64,000 nt of DNA from Dipteris shenzhenensis (taxonomy: Eukaryota), in the NCBI GenBank assembly GCA_047967505.1, contig CM106538.1; one strand, written 5' to 3'. Position numbers and translations under genes: made by a program. Positions 25,801-40,184 of this stretch are shown in pieces. Below the pieces are notes generated by a model. It saw only the letters and a list, made by a program, of their open reading frames with translations, ran no database searches and had not been told where the DNA came from. The stretch's first letter is position 1. Every line of letters begins with the position of its first letter.

Positions 25801-28667
25801 AAAGACAAGTATGCCTATCACCTGATCAAGCAAAATGTGCAAGATGTCATGCTAGGACAACTCAACATAGTCAAGACATCAAAAGAAGCATGGGATATGT
25901 TCACAGCTCTCTACGAGTCTAAGAACACATCCAGGATTCTCACCCTGAGAAACCAAATTAACCAGAGTTTCTGCAACAGTAGTGAAACCGGTCATGCTTA
26001 TGTACTCTGCATTTAAGACTACAACAATCAACTTGCAGCAGTAGGAGAGACTATGAACCCCATCAGAAATGGTTCAAGTCATTCTGAATGGACTAGGAGA
26101 GGGATACGAGAATCTAGTCCAGAGCATTGCCATCCAATGGCGAATTCCGACACTGGAAGAACTTCAGTCAGTCCTACTTGGTGAAGAACTCAAGACTCAG
26201 GCCATTCAAGCATGTAAAGGTCATTCTAATGATCAAGCATTCACAGCTTCAGACAGAAGCAGAGGCAAAGGCAAAAGCAGAGGTAGATCATATCAAAAAA
26301 GTAGTCATCATCAACAAAATCAAAGTCAGAATCAACATCAGCATCATCCTCAGCAACATCAAAATCAGCAAAGAGGAAATCATTCCAATCGAGGAAGATT
26401 CCAAGGACGAGGGAATGCATCCACCAATGTGTCAAAAATTCAGTGCAACTACTGTCACAAGTTTGGACACTATGAAAGAGATTGCTGCAAGAAGTAGTAC
26501 GACCAAGGTGGTCAATCTAGTAGTAATCGAGGGAATTCCCGAGGAAGAGGAAATCATCGTGGTGGACATTCTAGTCATAGTCATTTTGCAAATGAACATG
26601 GAAATATGTTTCTTGCAAGCGAGGAATTGCATCAGACTGATACAATGCACCTAAACATTGATTTCAATCCCAAAGAGGATTTCAGCTATCAAGTCGACCA
26701 AGTGGAACAGGATCCTTGGTACATCGACAGCGGTGCATCATCTCATATGACATATCATCAGGAATGGTTCACAGAGATGAAACCATTAGAAGGATAGAAA
26801 AATGTCATCTGCACAGTAGACAATACACCAAATCCAGTTCAAGGGACAGGTGTTATCCCTATGAATAATTTCACTAGTACAAAGATGTGCTCTATGAATA
26901 ATTTCACTAGTATTAGTCAAAGATGTGCTCTATGTTTCAAAGCTCAGCAAGAACCTTTTGTCAGTAGGTCAAATGACAGAACACAACTACAAAGTCATCT
27001 TCGATAGTGATGAATGCACTATCAGAGTCAAATCCAAAAGATGTCAGCTAGTAGCGAAAGGTGTCAAGGAAGGACGCTTATACAGAATGATAGCTACAGT
27101 ACCAGATAAGCATGCCATGTTAGCTCAAATGCAACAGATGCCACTATCTGCAAAATGGCACAAGAAATATGGTCATGTCAATTTCAAGTACTTGTTAGAT
27201 CTAAGGAATCAGAACATGGCAATTGGGATTCCGAAGCTACAGTTTCTTGGAAAAGTTTACGAAGCACGCTACTTCGGCAAACAAAAGCGAACCAACTTTG
27301 TTAGAAGTACCTCTCATGCACGAGGTATTCTTGATTTGATTCATACAGATGTATGGGGTTATGCCCAGACCCGCAACATCAATGGTTCAATTTATTACTT
27401 GACCTTCATTGATGACTACAGCAGATATTGTTGGGTCTACTTTCTGAAAGAGAAATCTGAAGTGTTTTTCAGATTTCAAGAATTCAAAGCCATGGTAGAA
27501 AACCAAACAGGCAGAAAGATCATCATGAGATCAGACAGAGGAGGTGAATACATGTCTTCAGCATTCATGAACTTTTGCAAAAATCACGGCATATGAAGAC
27601 AATTCACATGTGTAGATACTCCTTAGCAGAATGCAATAGCTGAAAGAAAGAATGGGACTTTAGCAGACAGTGCTAGAGCAATGCTTAGTGAAAAGCATCT
27701 TCTGAATCAATATTTGGTAGACGTAATAGCTACAGCTAACTACTTGCTTAATCGGCTTCCTACCGAACCTATACAGGGTATGACTCCCTATGAAGCATTC
27801 ACTGGACACAAGCCATGCATTGGGCATCTCCGCATATTTGGTTGCATAGCATATGCCCACATACATGATGATCATCATAGGAAATTGGATGCGAAGTCAT
27901 GCAAATGCATCATGGTTGGCTACAATGAAGAAAGCAAAGCATACAAATTGTATGATCCCATCAACCGCAAAGTCATTATCTCCAGAGATGTAATCTTTGA
28001 TGAGGAATCAGAATGGAAAACCTCACCTACACAGGAGATAGAAGCATCAACTTCATAGTCATCTATAGAACAGGTTGATGAAGAGCAAGAATTGCCAGCA
28101 ACACCCCAAGAAGAGCCACAACAGCTCAAACGGTCTACTAGGGAAAGCAGACCACCAGCCAGATTGACATATGCTCAAAAAGGCAAAGCAATTTAGGTGG
28201 AAACGACCAACTATGCTCTTATGACTACCATCATGGCTATAGAAGAGCCAGTGTAATTCGAAGATGTTGTAGACAAGCCAGAATGGCAAACTGCTATGAA
28301 TGAAGAAATGGATGCTTTGTATAAGAATAATACTTGGGAATTATGTGACCTTCCACCAGGAAAGAAGGCCATAGCCAACAAATGGGTATACAAAGTGAAA
28401 TACAATCCAGATGGCAGTATTCAAAGACATAAAGCCAGATTAGTTGCAAAAGGATTTGCACAACAATATGGTCAAGACTATGATGAGACTTATGCTCCAG
28501 TAGCAAAGATGGATTCCATACGGTTCTTAATATCACTAGCGACACTCAGCAAATGGAATGTGTATCAACTTGATGTCAAGAATGCATTTCTCAATGGTTA
28601 TCTAGACAAGGAAGTCTACATCCAACAACCAGCAGGTTATGTTGAACCCCCTCTTCATATTTTGTTA
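22858..28667 (+). mobile_element. Ty1/copia element D nested in the RT of C, with a 3' deletion
   Basis: TSD CCCAG (22853-22857, 28668-28672); 5' LTR 22858-23110; PBS TGGTATTAGAGC 23111-23122; only the last ~21 bp of the 3' LTR survive (28647-28667). Confidence 0.9.
25516..28646 (+). pseudogene. gag-pol: Decayed gag-pol of D
   Basis: KLDNSNYGTWK, CNYCHKFGHYERDC, WYIDSGASSHMT, IHTDVWG, RSDRGGEY, KARLVAKGF, QLDVKNAFLNG; several stops and frameshifts. Confidence 0.9.
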
Positions 28668-30564
28668 CCCAGACCATGGTCTGACAAGATAGGACAATAT
28701 CTTATCACTATTGGCTTTCAGATTTCCAAGGCAGATTTCTCACTTTGTGAGAAAAATAGAGAAAGACATTATGCTGTTTGTCATTGATGTTGATGATTTG
28801 ATCATCACAGGTGATAGTGATGAAGATATCCTTCATGTGAAAATGCTATTGAAGTAGAAGTTTGAGATGATGGATTTGGGAGAGCTGGTTACTTCTTGGG
28901 CATTGAGGTGATTAGATCCACAAGTGGGATATGGCTCTTGCAGAGGCAGTATGGATTGGACATGCTGTGCAAATATGGGATGACAAGCTGTAAGCCTATT
29001 TCAGTTCCTTTGGAGTAGAATGTGAAGCTGAGTACAGACACAGGTGAGCTTTTGGAAGACCCTATTATGTACAGACGCATAGTAGGAAGTTTGATTTATA
29101 TGACTATTACCAAGCCAGATTTGAGCTATGCTGTTGGGTTGGTAAGTCAGTTTATGCAGGCTCCAAGGAAATTGCATTTGGATGCAGCTAGATGCATACT
29201 GAGGTATGTGAAGTCCACATTGCAGTATGGACTATTTTATGAGACTGGGATTCAGATACAATTGCATGGATACACTGATGCTGATTGGGCTGGTAGTATT
29301 TCTGATAGACGATCTACTAGTGGATATGTATTCTCTTTTGGGAGTGCTACAGTCACTTGGAGCAATAAGAAACAGCCTATAGTTGTCTTGTTGAGCACAG
29401 AGGCTCAGTACAGGGGTGCAGCAATGGCTGCATGTGAGGCAGCTTGGTTGCATAAGCTACTTTATGATATGCATCAGTCTATAGATTGGCCAGCTGTCAT
29501 TTATTGTGACAACATGAGTAGTATACACTTGGCAAATAACCCAGTCTATCATGCTAGAACAAAGCACATTGAGGTGCATTATCACTATGTGCTGAAGAAG
29601 GTTCTAGTAGGTTTTATTGATCTAGTTTATGTCAGCACAGAGGTTCAGGTAGCTGACATACTCACGAAGGCATTGGGTGCAAAGAAGCTGTGCAAGTTCA
29701 AAGACCTGCTTGGTGTGTAGGAATTGGGATTGAGCTCGAGGGGAAGTGTTGAGATATCGAGCTCTACTCATGATATGCCAAGGTGACCGTTGTGCATTTA
29801 TGTCACCGACTTGTTAGGTGCAGATGCAGTTGGTACACCACCCATGAATAATAGCTAGATGAAAGCTATCTTTATGTACTCTAGTTAGTCGCTCAGTTAG
29901 TATGCCACCTAGGTTAGCTGAGTTTGGTTTGAGACCCACATATAGGGGTCACCTATTCCTTTTATACTACGAGAGAGTTCTTTTGACTTTCACAACTAAG
30001 AAGAGGAAAACTGTTTTCAGCCTCCACCTTTGTGTGTATTCCCCTATTGTGTATGTGAGAAAGCTGCAAGTGAGACTCCTTACTTCTCTCCTACTCTCTT
30101 GACATTGCCTACTCTCTATAATCAGACCGAAGATGAAATTTTTGGTGTTTCTTATGTTTTTTTCCTGCTGGTTCAATCCGTGTGAGGTTTTCTCTGCCGC
30201 ATTGTTCGTGTTTGCGTTTGTTTTCCTTGGTACTAGGTACACGAGTCACCTCGCCTTCTACAGGAATATCGCTTTCCCTCGCCACTACACTCTTTTTATC
30301 GCTTACCCTGCACCTTGCTATCCTTTCCTCTCCTTCTTCCCTTTCGACTCAACACTATTACATCAGTGAACTCCCTCTCCTCTCCATTCTCCTGCACCTT
30401 CCTATCATTTCCTCCCTCCTCTCCCTATCCTACACAACTCTGATGCATTAGTGCATCTTTAGTGCAACTTAGTATAACTCAGCTTTTAGATTGCACTCCT
30501 CATAGATTTGTGTTTGAGGGAAAGTTACTTTGCAAATATGGCACTTACAAAGTAGCAAAATTCC

Positions 30565-33545
30565 CCCATGAGGAACAAGAAATACAAACGCATGAATATT
30601 AAAAAACTTGCTTCAAGAAGAAAACTAAATGTAGATTTGGATTTCCACATTTGCCTATGAAAAAGACATAAATCTTGGAGCCTTTGCAAAAGGATATTAA
30701 TTTAAAAACACTCAAAAAAAATATGAAAATTTTTAAGAATCTTCTAATCGAACAAACAACATTAACACTTGATTACTCATCTTTTCTAGAAGCAAAAAAT
30801 ATGATAGAATCAGAATACATTCACTTAATTCAATCATCTATTTCCCAACCAACATTACTGTTAAAAAGAGAACCAAAAGACATTTACACAAATAACTTCA
30901 ACCCATCAATGTCCAAGTTATGGGGAGAAAATACTGATATTCAATTCATCCTAAATCCACATGAAGCAGCAGCATATTGCACATCATATATAACCAAAAT
31001 AGACAAAGAGACAACAAAAGTAGTTAAACTAGCACTCACGCAAAGCATTGCTTCCAACTCTTCGGCAAACGAACGTATTCGTAGAGTGGGAAACGCAATC
31101 CTAAATACTCAACATATTAGTTCTCAACAAGCAGTTTACTTAGCACTTTCTTTACCATTATCATCATCCACTAGACAATTTCAATATATCAACACAAATC
31201 CACCAGACAAGCACACTTACCTACTAAAACACTGAGAACAATTAGAGAAAATGCATCCTGAAAATACAAGCATCTTCTTCGATGACATTATGAAAAAATA
31301 TTTAAAACGTACAAGCAACCTTCACAACATATGTCTAGCAACATATACAAGTTAATACACAATTACCAATTCAAATACAAAAAAAAGAAAAAAACATAAA
31401 ATCATCTGCTTCAACAACTACAGCCTTCACAATGATCCTGAAAATCACTATAGAGAGAAATGTATCCTATTTTTCCCATATCACAATATTGAACTTGCGC
31501 TTAATGAAAGTAATGAAACATGGCATGACATGTTTCAAAACAACAAACACATCATCAACCAAAATGAAGAGAAGTTTATCAAGCTCATTCCAAAGTTTCC
31601 CACAAACTCAAGCAATACATCAACAACATTATCTTCAACATCAACAGACACATTCAAAAACATCAACACATATGACATTGGAAAAAAAATGCCCAAAACT
31701 GTAAAAGCAAATCAATATTTAGATAAGTCTTTGCCAAAATATGCCATGTTACCCAACCACGAATATTACTACAATTTAAGATTACTAAAAAATGAACAAC
31801 ATTTGCTTCTCCACGACATCATGCTTAAAAAAAGACGTCATTCGCAAAAGCGACATCATCTATTTTTGACAAGAAATGCGAGAACATGATGCACCTCTGC
31901 GAGATAAAACACAACCACCTACAACTTTTGGAGGAATTGATGTTATTCTTTGTGGAGATTTGTGCCAAGCAACTCCAACAAAAGACTCATGGATATTCAT
32001 GGATCAATCATTAAACACAAGATCAATGCCATCATTTTGGACTGAAAATGTCCTCTATGAATTAACGAAGCCAATGAGGCAAAAAGACAATGCGTACATA
32101 GACATACTGAATCGCATTATTAGAATTGGGGAACACTCTCTTGAAGACATCTCATATCTCAACAATAGGTACTTTCATCAACCTCTACAAAAACAAAATA
32201 TTCCCTACTTATTCGATACAAATGCTTCAAAAGATGCACACAATGAAGAAATCTTCTCATTGCTTAAGGAGAGTCTACATATCTTCAAAGCAATTGACAA
32301 AAGACACAAAACATGTAGCAAAACAATAAACATTCCTACATCTCCAAAGAACACTTCTGGATTGCACTAAATATTGAACCTAAAGCCATGAATGATTATA
32401 GAAATTTATTCTAGAAATTTGGACATTGGTGATGGTTTGGTAAATGGTGCAAATGGAATATTCAAACAATCTTGCATCGACCAAGATCCACACATCATTT
32501 GGATACAATTTAATAATATTAACATTGGGAGAAAAACACGGTTCAACAATAAAAACCTCCACACCGAGAACATTCCTCCACAATGGACACCAATATTCCA
32601 AATTACAAGAGAATTTCAAATTGGAAAAAATCATTTGAATACTATTACTAGACGGCAATTTCCACTACAACCAAGCGCAGCAAGGACAATTCATCGTTCA
32701 CAAGGACTATCAATGGACTATCTTGCATTTTATCCTTCCTTCATCAAGGCACATGGTCTTACATACACAACACTTTCACGTGTTCGCAATCCAAAAAATC
32801 TATTTCTCATCAATCCACTTGAGCCTAAGCACATCAAAATAGATAAAAACGTTGTAAAAGAGATAGAACGCTTGAGATTTCTTCGAAAATGGATTCCACA
32901 ACAAATCAACCACTCTTTAAATAAACCCACACAAATGATAGTGCAATCTTTGAATACTAGAGCATTATCTTTGCATTATGAAGACATTGTTGTTGCTGAC
33001 AAAAGCCTAATGAGTGCCACAATCTTATGCCTCCAAGAACTTCATTGCCAAAATAATGAATCACTCTCCCTAGAAAATTTCACAACTTTGCAAAACAACT
33101 ATGGAGTTGGAATTACAACATGTTATAAAAGTAATGTACGATTGCAAATGCACGAATATATTACAAAAACAAGGTGCGAGTGTTTATTAAAAAAATTCAA
33201 AACATTTGAAGGTTCAAGTTTTGCAATCATTGATGTTTATAAACACCCTTCCTCACCACAACAATACTCATTAATATCTTGGAAAATATGATCTTGAAAT
33301 TAAAACAACATTTTCCAACTACAATCTTAGGAGACTTCAATATTCATTATGACAACTCATTAATTTCATCACAACTTCAAAAATTCATGACAACAAATAA
33401 TTTCATACAATTAATACAAGAACCAACAACTATTCATGGTTCCACAATTGACCACCTATGGAAAAACACGGACCATAACAACACAACATATGGAACAAAC
33501 TTCATATACTAGTCTGACCACTCCCTTCTATATACAAACATAAAT
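30565..33545 (+). mobile_element. Helitron-class Rep/PIF1 helicase plus APE-type endonuclease (Helentron-like), decayed
   Basis: Rep: KTCFKKKTKCRFGFP, NNFNP...NTDIQFIL...YCTSYITK. Helicase: FGGIDVILCGDLCQ, RRQFPLQPSAARTIHRSQG, YTTLSRVR. Endonuclease: SLNTR, LCLQE, ILGDFNI, TIDHLW, SDH. The Walker A region is deleted near 31885. Confidence 0.9.
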
Positions 33546-36500
33546 TAAATACGACAAGCCTATTGGATGTAATTCACCTTATTTTACCATGGCTATCGAA
33601 ATCTTGCCACAACTGCGTCTAGCAGCGGTAGCTACAGCAAACGCTCGTGTGTAAGGTCCACTCACAAGTAGAAAGGTCCATTGACTCCATTCAAATTGTT
33701 GTGATCGCACCAAAGTTCCTTGTAGATTGAACCCAACTGCAGCAGTCAGACACCAGAGTTTCATCCTCAACCCAGACATTTCGTCTTGTCCATGGAACCC
33801 CATCAAGCCTTTCATAGGTCACCACTCTCGCGTTACAACAGCCGCCACATTCAGCCCTCACTTTGTTTGCCATAAGCACTTGCAGGTGGGATGGCCAGCA
33901 CACACTACTTTTCACTTTATGTAGAGCTGAAAGAAGTGTCTGTGTGTAGCTAGGGAATTTTAAAGGATGGGAGATCCGAGAGAGGTTTCCTTCAAGTCTA
34001 TGGGACAAAGAACTAGCGAAATTCTAGTCTAGAAAGAATCGCCCCTACAAGCATCCTACAATACTGTTCGGACTTGGGAGATTTAATACTGCTCATCACA
34101 GAGTCAACCATTCCCTCTCGAAGACTACAGTGGAGAACAAGCAGCCCAAAAATGATCGTTTTGGACAAAACGTATCAGGACTATTCAGTTTCCAACATGT
34201 ATAAAAGATTTGAAGACATGGAGTGAACTTGAAACGAAGGAATTAAAAAGACATCAGGCATAGGTGGATAGTGGATCCACCAGCGGACAGTAATGTAGAC
34301 AATGACGGAAGGAGCATTAAAGTACACAGGTCCCTTCTAGCAATCACCCAGCTTTCCATCACCGAAGAAAGGACGTAGAGTCGAGCGTGGCCACATGGGC
34401 ATGTATGACAATGTGACCCGGCGTCAATCTATCCTAAGCCTATCAATGGGCCCTGCAAAAGGAAAGAGAAGTTACCTTTGGTAACATGGGATACCACACC
34501 TAAAGTTCCAACTAACTACAATTACCACTATAATTAGACTTAATAGATGCCTAAACAATCATGAGAGTAGAGTAGAAAATTTTAAAGCGTGATTCAATTA
34601 CTATGTAAACTTGGTGGCCTTGTAGAAGATGATGAGATGAAACAACATGACATTTTTTGTTGCACTTCAAGGGGTCCAAAGCATGGCGAAAAAACAAAAA
34701 GCTCTAGAGACGTATATCATGCATGGGGTTGAGATGGTAGAGAAGGGTATCCTGTAGCTACAATAGTAGAGTAGTTACTATATCCTAACCAAGATAGAGT
34801 CAAGCTAAAGCTACTGACCCCGAGCCCTAGGGTGAGGACAGCCAATAGGGACTCTACACGGTCGATGGGCACATGTATTTTCTGGTACTTAGTGCATCAT
34901 TTCATCCGAGTGAATCATGTATATTGAAGGTCAGGTTGACGTTTACGTTTAAAATTGAGCTGTAACTTCATTGTCAATGTGATTACCAACCATGAAATTA
35001 ATACAATGGTGGATAGCTATGGGATGCCCAGATACCTTGGGAAAATTATGTCATTTGTACATCATCAAAAGCTCATCATACTTAAAAAGAGGAGCAGGAC
35101 CTCATACAAAGTTCTAGAACAAGGGCTTTCATTGGCCAAAAATCACTAAAGATATTCTTCCTTGACTTTAACCACCATTAGAATCTAAAATCAAGAGAGG
35201 CATTCTCTTCTTTGACATAATATATTAAGAGGATAAACAGGGAGGAAGTGCCACAAGGCCAACAACAAAAAACACAGCAACCCGTACACATGAAGGAGCA
35301 CTAGCACAGAGATGGACTGCAGCATTCTTGGGTACATCCGGACCCTCAACAGGAATAATAGCAACCTGCCCACTAGTACGAGTAATAGCAAATTGTACAC
35401 TAGTAGGAGTAGCAGGAAGTTGGACACTAGGAGGATAAGTAGCATGCGGAAGAATGACATCACTTTGAGGTACATCAACATCAGTTACACTAAAATGGGT
35501 AGTAAGGGGACCACCAATGGGAGGTGCTTGAGAGTTGGCACCACCAGCATGTGAGAAAGTAATATTATGGGTCGATGTGTGATCAGGTGTAGCCAATTGT
35601 GAAACGCAACATAAAACATTGGTGAGTAATAGTTTGAATTTCGGGCGGACTTGTGCTCTTACCAAAGTTTTTCCCGTTGTAATGATTACCTTACTGGCAT
35701 AATAATGAGATGATATCTATCAAAACTTGTTGCTCAGAACACCTGCAGAGCTTGACACATGTCACTACATGAGAAATTCTTCCCTCTATGCAGTCTCTAT
35801 GATGCATCTTTGTGCATCAAACTATCCACAATCTATCTTGTCATCTACCCATAGCTCGCCACTTGTCATCTACGTGTAGCTTTGTTTTCCTGATCTAGAT
35901 TTGCAACCACCGTGCTAATGTTCACTTGGTGCAACCATCGCACTGGTTCTTGGAGTTATTTTAGTCGTGGCTATAGCCACTCTTAATTAAACTAAAGAAA
36001 ATGTATTTATCTTAATTGGTTGGGTCACGTGAAACCCCTCTTGGAGTCCCACGATTCTTTATATATTTTGCATTAAGGGGTCCCCTTTCTTAATTCATGC
36101 TCTTAGCCTGCCATCGAAAAGGGGAGCAAAGTTTCTATAGTGTAATCAGAGTGAAATTAATAGTTTAAAAAAATACCATGAACCTCACAAAAAACGGCTA
36201 CACCCAAGCAAACATTGATCCTTATCTTAACCATGGTAGAAGAATGTTCAATGACACTAGTAGTGGAATCATGAGTAGCAACTAAAGTCTTCTTAGCATT
36301 CTTCCCACACTTAAGCAATTGATCATGGGCCTTCTTGAAGTTAGCAATCATGGCCCTTGCAAGTCTTATTTATTCATGTCCCACAGACATAAAAAGAATC
36401 TACTTAGACTTATAAAAATATCAATTTTTCTTATCTATACCACCATATTATTGAAATATTATTTATTTTCCAATTGTTGGTTTTCTACTAAATTATGTTG

Positions 36501-36649
36501 AAAATAGGAGCTATATTATCATATAGTTGAGTTATACCTTCACTAGTAGGACCTCCTGAAAGCTTGAATCAATTAGGTATAACTATTGAGCATACTTGCT
36601 GATATGGTTAATTATAATAACACAAAGGTGATAAACTAAGATACAAATA

Positions 36650-37150
36650 ATTGAACATTTCAAATGTTCTTCATGAATATACAAGTTGCAATCTATTCCA
36701 CATTGTCAGGGACAACTTGAGCATCATAAATTTAGATACTATAAAGTTATTGAACCAAGTACATCTAGACATAGGACGCCATGGTCTATCCCAATATTTT
36801 TTAAATGTCTATAGGATAGGAGAGCATTCAAAACTTTAGAGGCCTTTTGTTGTGGTAAACATTGTGCGTATATTATTTTTGATCTAGACAACTAAACATA
36901 TTATTGGACACATAATAAAAGAAATAGGTTTTTAAAATGTAAAAAAAGATATGCATGTAGCCATGCTTGTCAAAGTTGCAGTTTTGCCAGTAGCATTCAC
37001 TCTCACATTTAGCGTCTTGGATATACATGATGTGCATTTGGCATCCAATGGTTATTAAAATAAAGATCATGTTAAACACAAGTTGAAAATTACGAGAATA
37101 TAACTTATTTTTTGTTTCGTCATTCACACAAGCAATGTTGTCAAGCAATA
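36650..37150 (-). pseudogene. Possible Ulp1/C48 peptidase relic of a DNA transposon
   Basis: LYFNNHW near 37050 and CP*QCGIDCNLYI near 36700 resemble the Ulp1 HW and PxQ...DCGxY motifs; heavily decayed. Confidence 0.35.
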
Positions 37151-37489
37151 GATCCATGCTATTGGTTTTATTGACCTTATTGTCTTGAAAAGTTGTTTCA
37201 CATGCTCTTCTCCTAGCCTCTTAATTAAAATCTTATTGCATCTTAAAGCATTGGCATTAATATTTCATAAGCTTTCTTATTGGGATCAATTGTAGATCAA
37301 TCATCTCTTAGTTCTGTTGCATAACTTTAAGAATGTGGGGGCTTCTATTTGAGCACATTTGGTTGGTGACAAAGACACAAGGATAGTGTGGATTAAAAAA
37401 TATGAAAAGGTCAAAACAGAAAGAGTAAATATAAGGATGATATTTAGAGCACATAATAGGACTCAACAATATCCATTGTTCTCCCCAAA

Positions 37490-37800
37490 GACATGTCACG
37501 TCATAGATTCCACCAAACTTTGGACCAGTGAAAGTGATATTTTTGTTCTTCTTGAACGCTATGAACAAGTAGACACAATTGAATTAAGCTAATGCCCTTC
37601 TTTTAAAACAATAGAAGTATATACGTTCATACATATTTAAGTGTAAGTTAAAATACTTAATGTCATTTTTTTTCAACAAAGGTGGTCTTTCATCTAGATT
37701 GTTCAAATCCAAGATGGTGGTTTGTGGTCCAAGTGGCTCCTCAAAGTAAACCGACTTTCGAAGATAGAGATGTTGATATTGAGATGCAATGCAATTAGTT
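37490..37800 (+). pseudogene. CACTA/EnSpm transposase C-terminal fragment (DUF4216-like)
   Basis: CHVIDSTKLWTSESDIFVL...EQV, a short intron-like gap, then VVFHLDCSNPRWWFVVQVAP. Confidence 0.5.
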
Positions 37801-39570
37801 GATGCTAATAGATCTAGGGAAGAATATGAAGATCATGATATGGGGCGAGAAGGTGGAGAACATGACATTGGGGAAGAATGAATGTCTCATGAATCACCCA
37901 ATTGGTATATTATTAAGGATCATGATATATTGAAGGGCTTGAAGAGGATCGAGTCTTAGGTAGGATAGATCCTGATGATATAGGTGAGTTGGGAATAGAG
38001 CTAGAGATAGAATTATTTGGCAAAATGGACTTGGTTGAAGATGCAACCTTTTATGTACATACCATTAGTTTATTTCCTTGGTTCCTTTCACTCCCATACT
38101 TGTAATACATCAAATTTTGTATATTAAACTCCATCATGAATATTTTAATATTTTGATATCAAACTTGTTGTATATGTTCTTAAGTTTAATCTTTAAATTG
38201 ATAAAAGTTATAAATCCAAATGAATTTGCGTCCTATATATTGTAAACTACTCTTTATAATTTTGTCGGCATCCTAGCAATGAGCTAATATTAGACCATAC
38301 ATAAACACTATTATGTGTTATTATCAATGAACTAATCAACAAATTGATTTCAATCCTAGTGCCTTTAAGAATATCATGCACATAAAACAAACAAATGTCC
38401 AAAGGGATTGGAATTCTTTAAATGACTTTAAATCTGTAGCATTCAGAAACTAGCTGTGAGCAACTTAAAGATCAGGCTCTATCTATACCTTAAAAGATGA
38501 ATGCATGCATTTCTATATACACTATGCCAAACCTCAATACTGCTGCATAGAAGCAGCAGGACACAAAAACACATGCATTCATTAGAAGTATTAATCAAAA
38601 GCTTGATATGTTTTCCTACTAAAGCAGACAAACACAGAAGTCCTCGGAGCTTCACATGCTTCCATTACAACTACAAAAGGAACTAGTTCCCAATATATAT
38701 TTAATGACTCAGTTCCTTTGGCTATCTGAGACGAGCCAGGTCAGGCATCTAGCCTTCCCTGTTGTTGGGATTCTCCCGCCAAGTTCTACTTTGATTTTTT
38801 AGCATTATTCCTGCAGCAACATGAGACCCATGTAATTATGGTTCATTCAACTGAGGACAAGAAAGAATCAGAGTCTAAAGGCCCTCAATTTGTGATACGA
38901 ACTTATTGTAGTCACGTGACCTGAGTATTTATGGACAATTAGTGGAAACGAAGGTCCAAGAAAAGCATGAAAGCAAGGAAGGCTTTGGAAAAACATTCAA
39001 GAATTAGTTGAATAGGCCTGTGTTTGGGCTCTCGTCTAATCTGCCACCTGAGCAAGGGATAAACGGAGTATCAATTATGTTATCAATGCTGAAACAGCTC
39101 ATTTTCTGGACTCCTCACTGCATTACATGAGGACATGCATATCCGAGATGTACAGAAGCTGTTCAGTAACTTTGTAAAGAGTTCACAGACAATGGTTGAG
39201 GGAGAAACTGCCAGAAAACTCAAGGTCATGAGAAGTGACAGGTTTGAGATCGCGCTAATTATTCCCCAACAAATCCCTAAAGATAAGATCTCTTGCCTTC
39301 CTTAGCACTAAGACAAGTGAACTCCTAAACCCATGTAAAGCACAACTCTCATAACCTTCCATTGTAGTGGATAATATTCCATCCAAGATCTCAGCCTTAC
39401 CTTGCACCTCTCTCCCGAACAACCTCTTGTAGTCTACGTCCAATTCGCAGACACCATTCATGGAGTCAGCTTTATCTTAAACTTTTATCTACATCCTTTC
39501 GGTCATCAGTTTGAACTCGTACAAGGTTAAGACAAATTTCACATATTTGATGCAGACTGTTGCAGACCAC

Positions 39571-39679
39571 CTAAAAATTAAACGAGCCATCAACTTTATG
39601 TTGATGCGGACTAGGTTGCAGCAGTAGAGACAAGCGTAGTTTGTATCTCTCTATCCTCTGTTTTTGTTGCTCTTTTGAC
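39571..39679 (-). CDS. Host gene, last coding exon
   Basis: Acceptor TTTTTTTTCAG, phase 2; (R)SKEQQKQRIERYKLRLSLLLQPSPHQHKVDGSFNF*; continues the frame of exon 55595-55680. Confidence 0.75.
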
Positions 39680-40184
39680 CTGAAAAAAAACACATGTTAT
39701 CATTCAGTTAAAAAGGCTGACACCAAAAACAGGTAGTATGATAACATCATACTAGATGTGCACTGACAACATTCAAACTCAAGGATATCTTTGTTAAAAA
39801 GAGACTGAATAATGAGTTTGGCTATGAGTGAAAGGAAATAAGCCATACATTTACATGTAAAGAGCACAAAACCCCAAATGGAATCACAAGACAAGTAAAC
39901 ATTCACGTCCTCCAAATTTTAATTACATTTTGTATATTCTTTTTGAAAGTCTTTCCAAGCATTGAAGCCAGAATGATTTGATGAATACGATCACAAAATC
40001 AGGTAAATTTATATTGAGGAGAAAAACTACTTGCTGCACACATTTGGTTGACCCACCCCCCTCTTCCCCGCCCTTTTTCTTTCGGATGGTGGCTGGGGAC
40101 TGGGAATCATCCCAGGTCCTGAATTGGGCAGCATAGTTTGAGACTAACTACCCAATCTGGGAACCATAAATCTTTTTGTACCTC

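Larger units (their letters stand above)
20350..30104 (+). mobile_element. Ty1/copia element C, 5'-truncated, interrupted by two insertions
   Basis: Integrase 20350-21900; RT 22442-22857 resuming at 28673; RNase H GYTDADWAG...HARTKHIEVHYHY (29022-29720); PPT 29738-29746; 3' LTR 29747-30104 (TGTTGAG...TTGACA). Confidence 0.9.
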
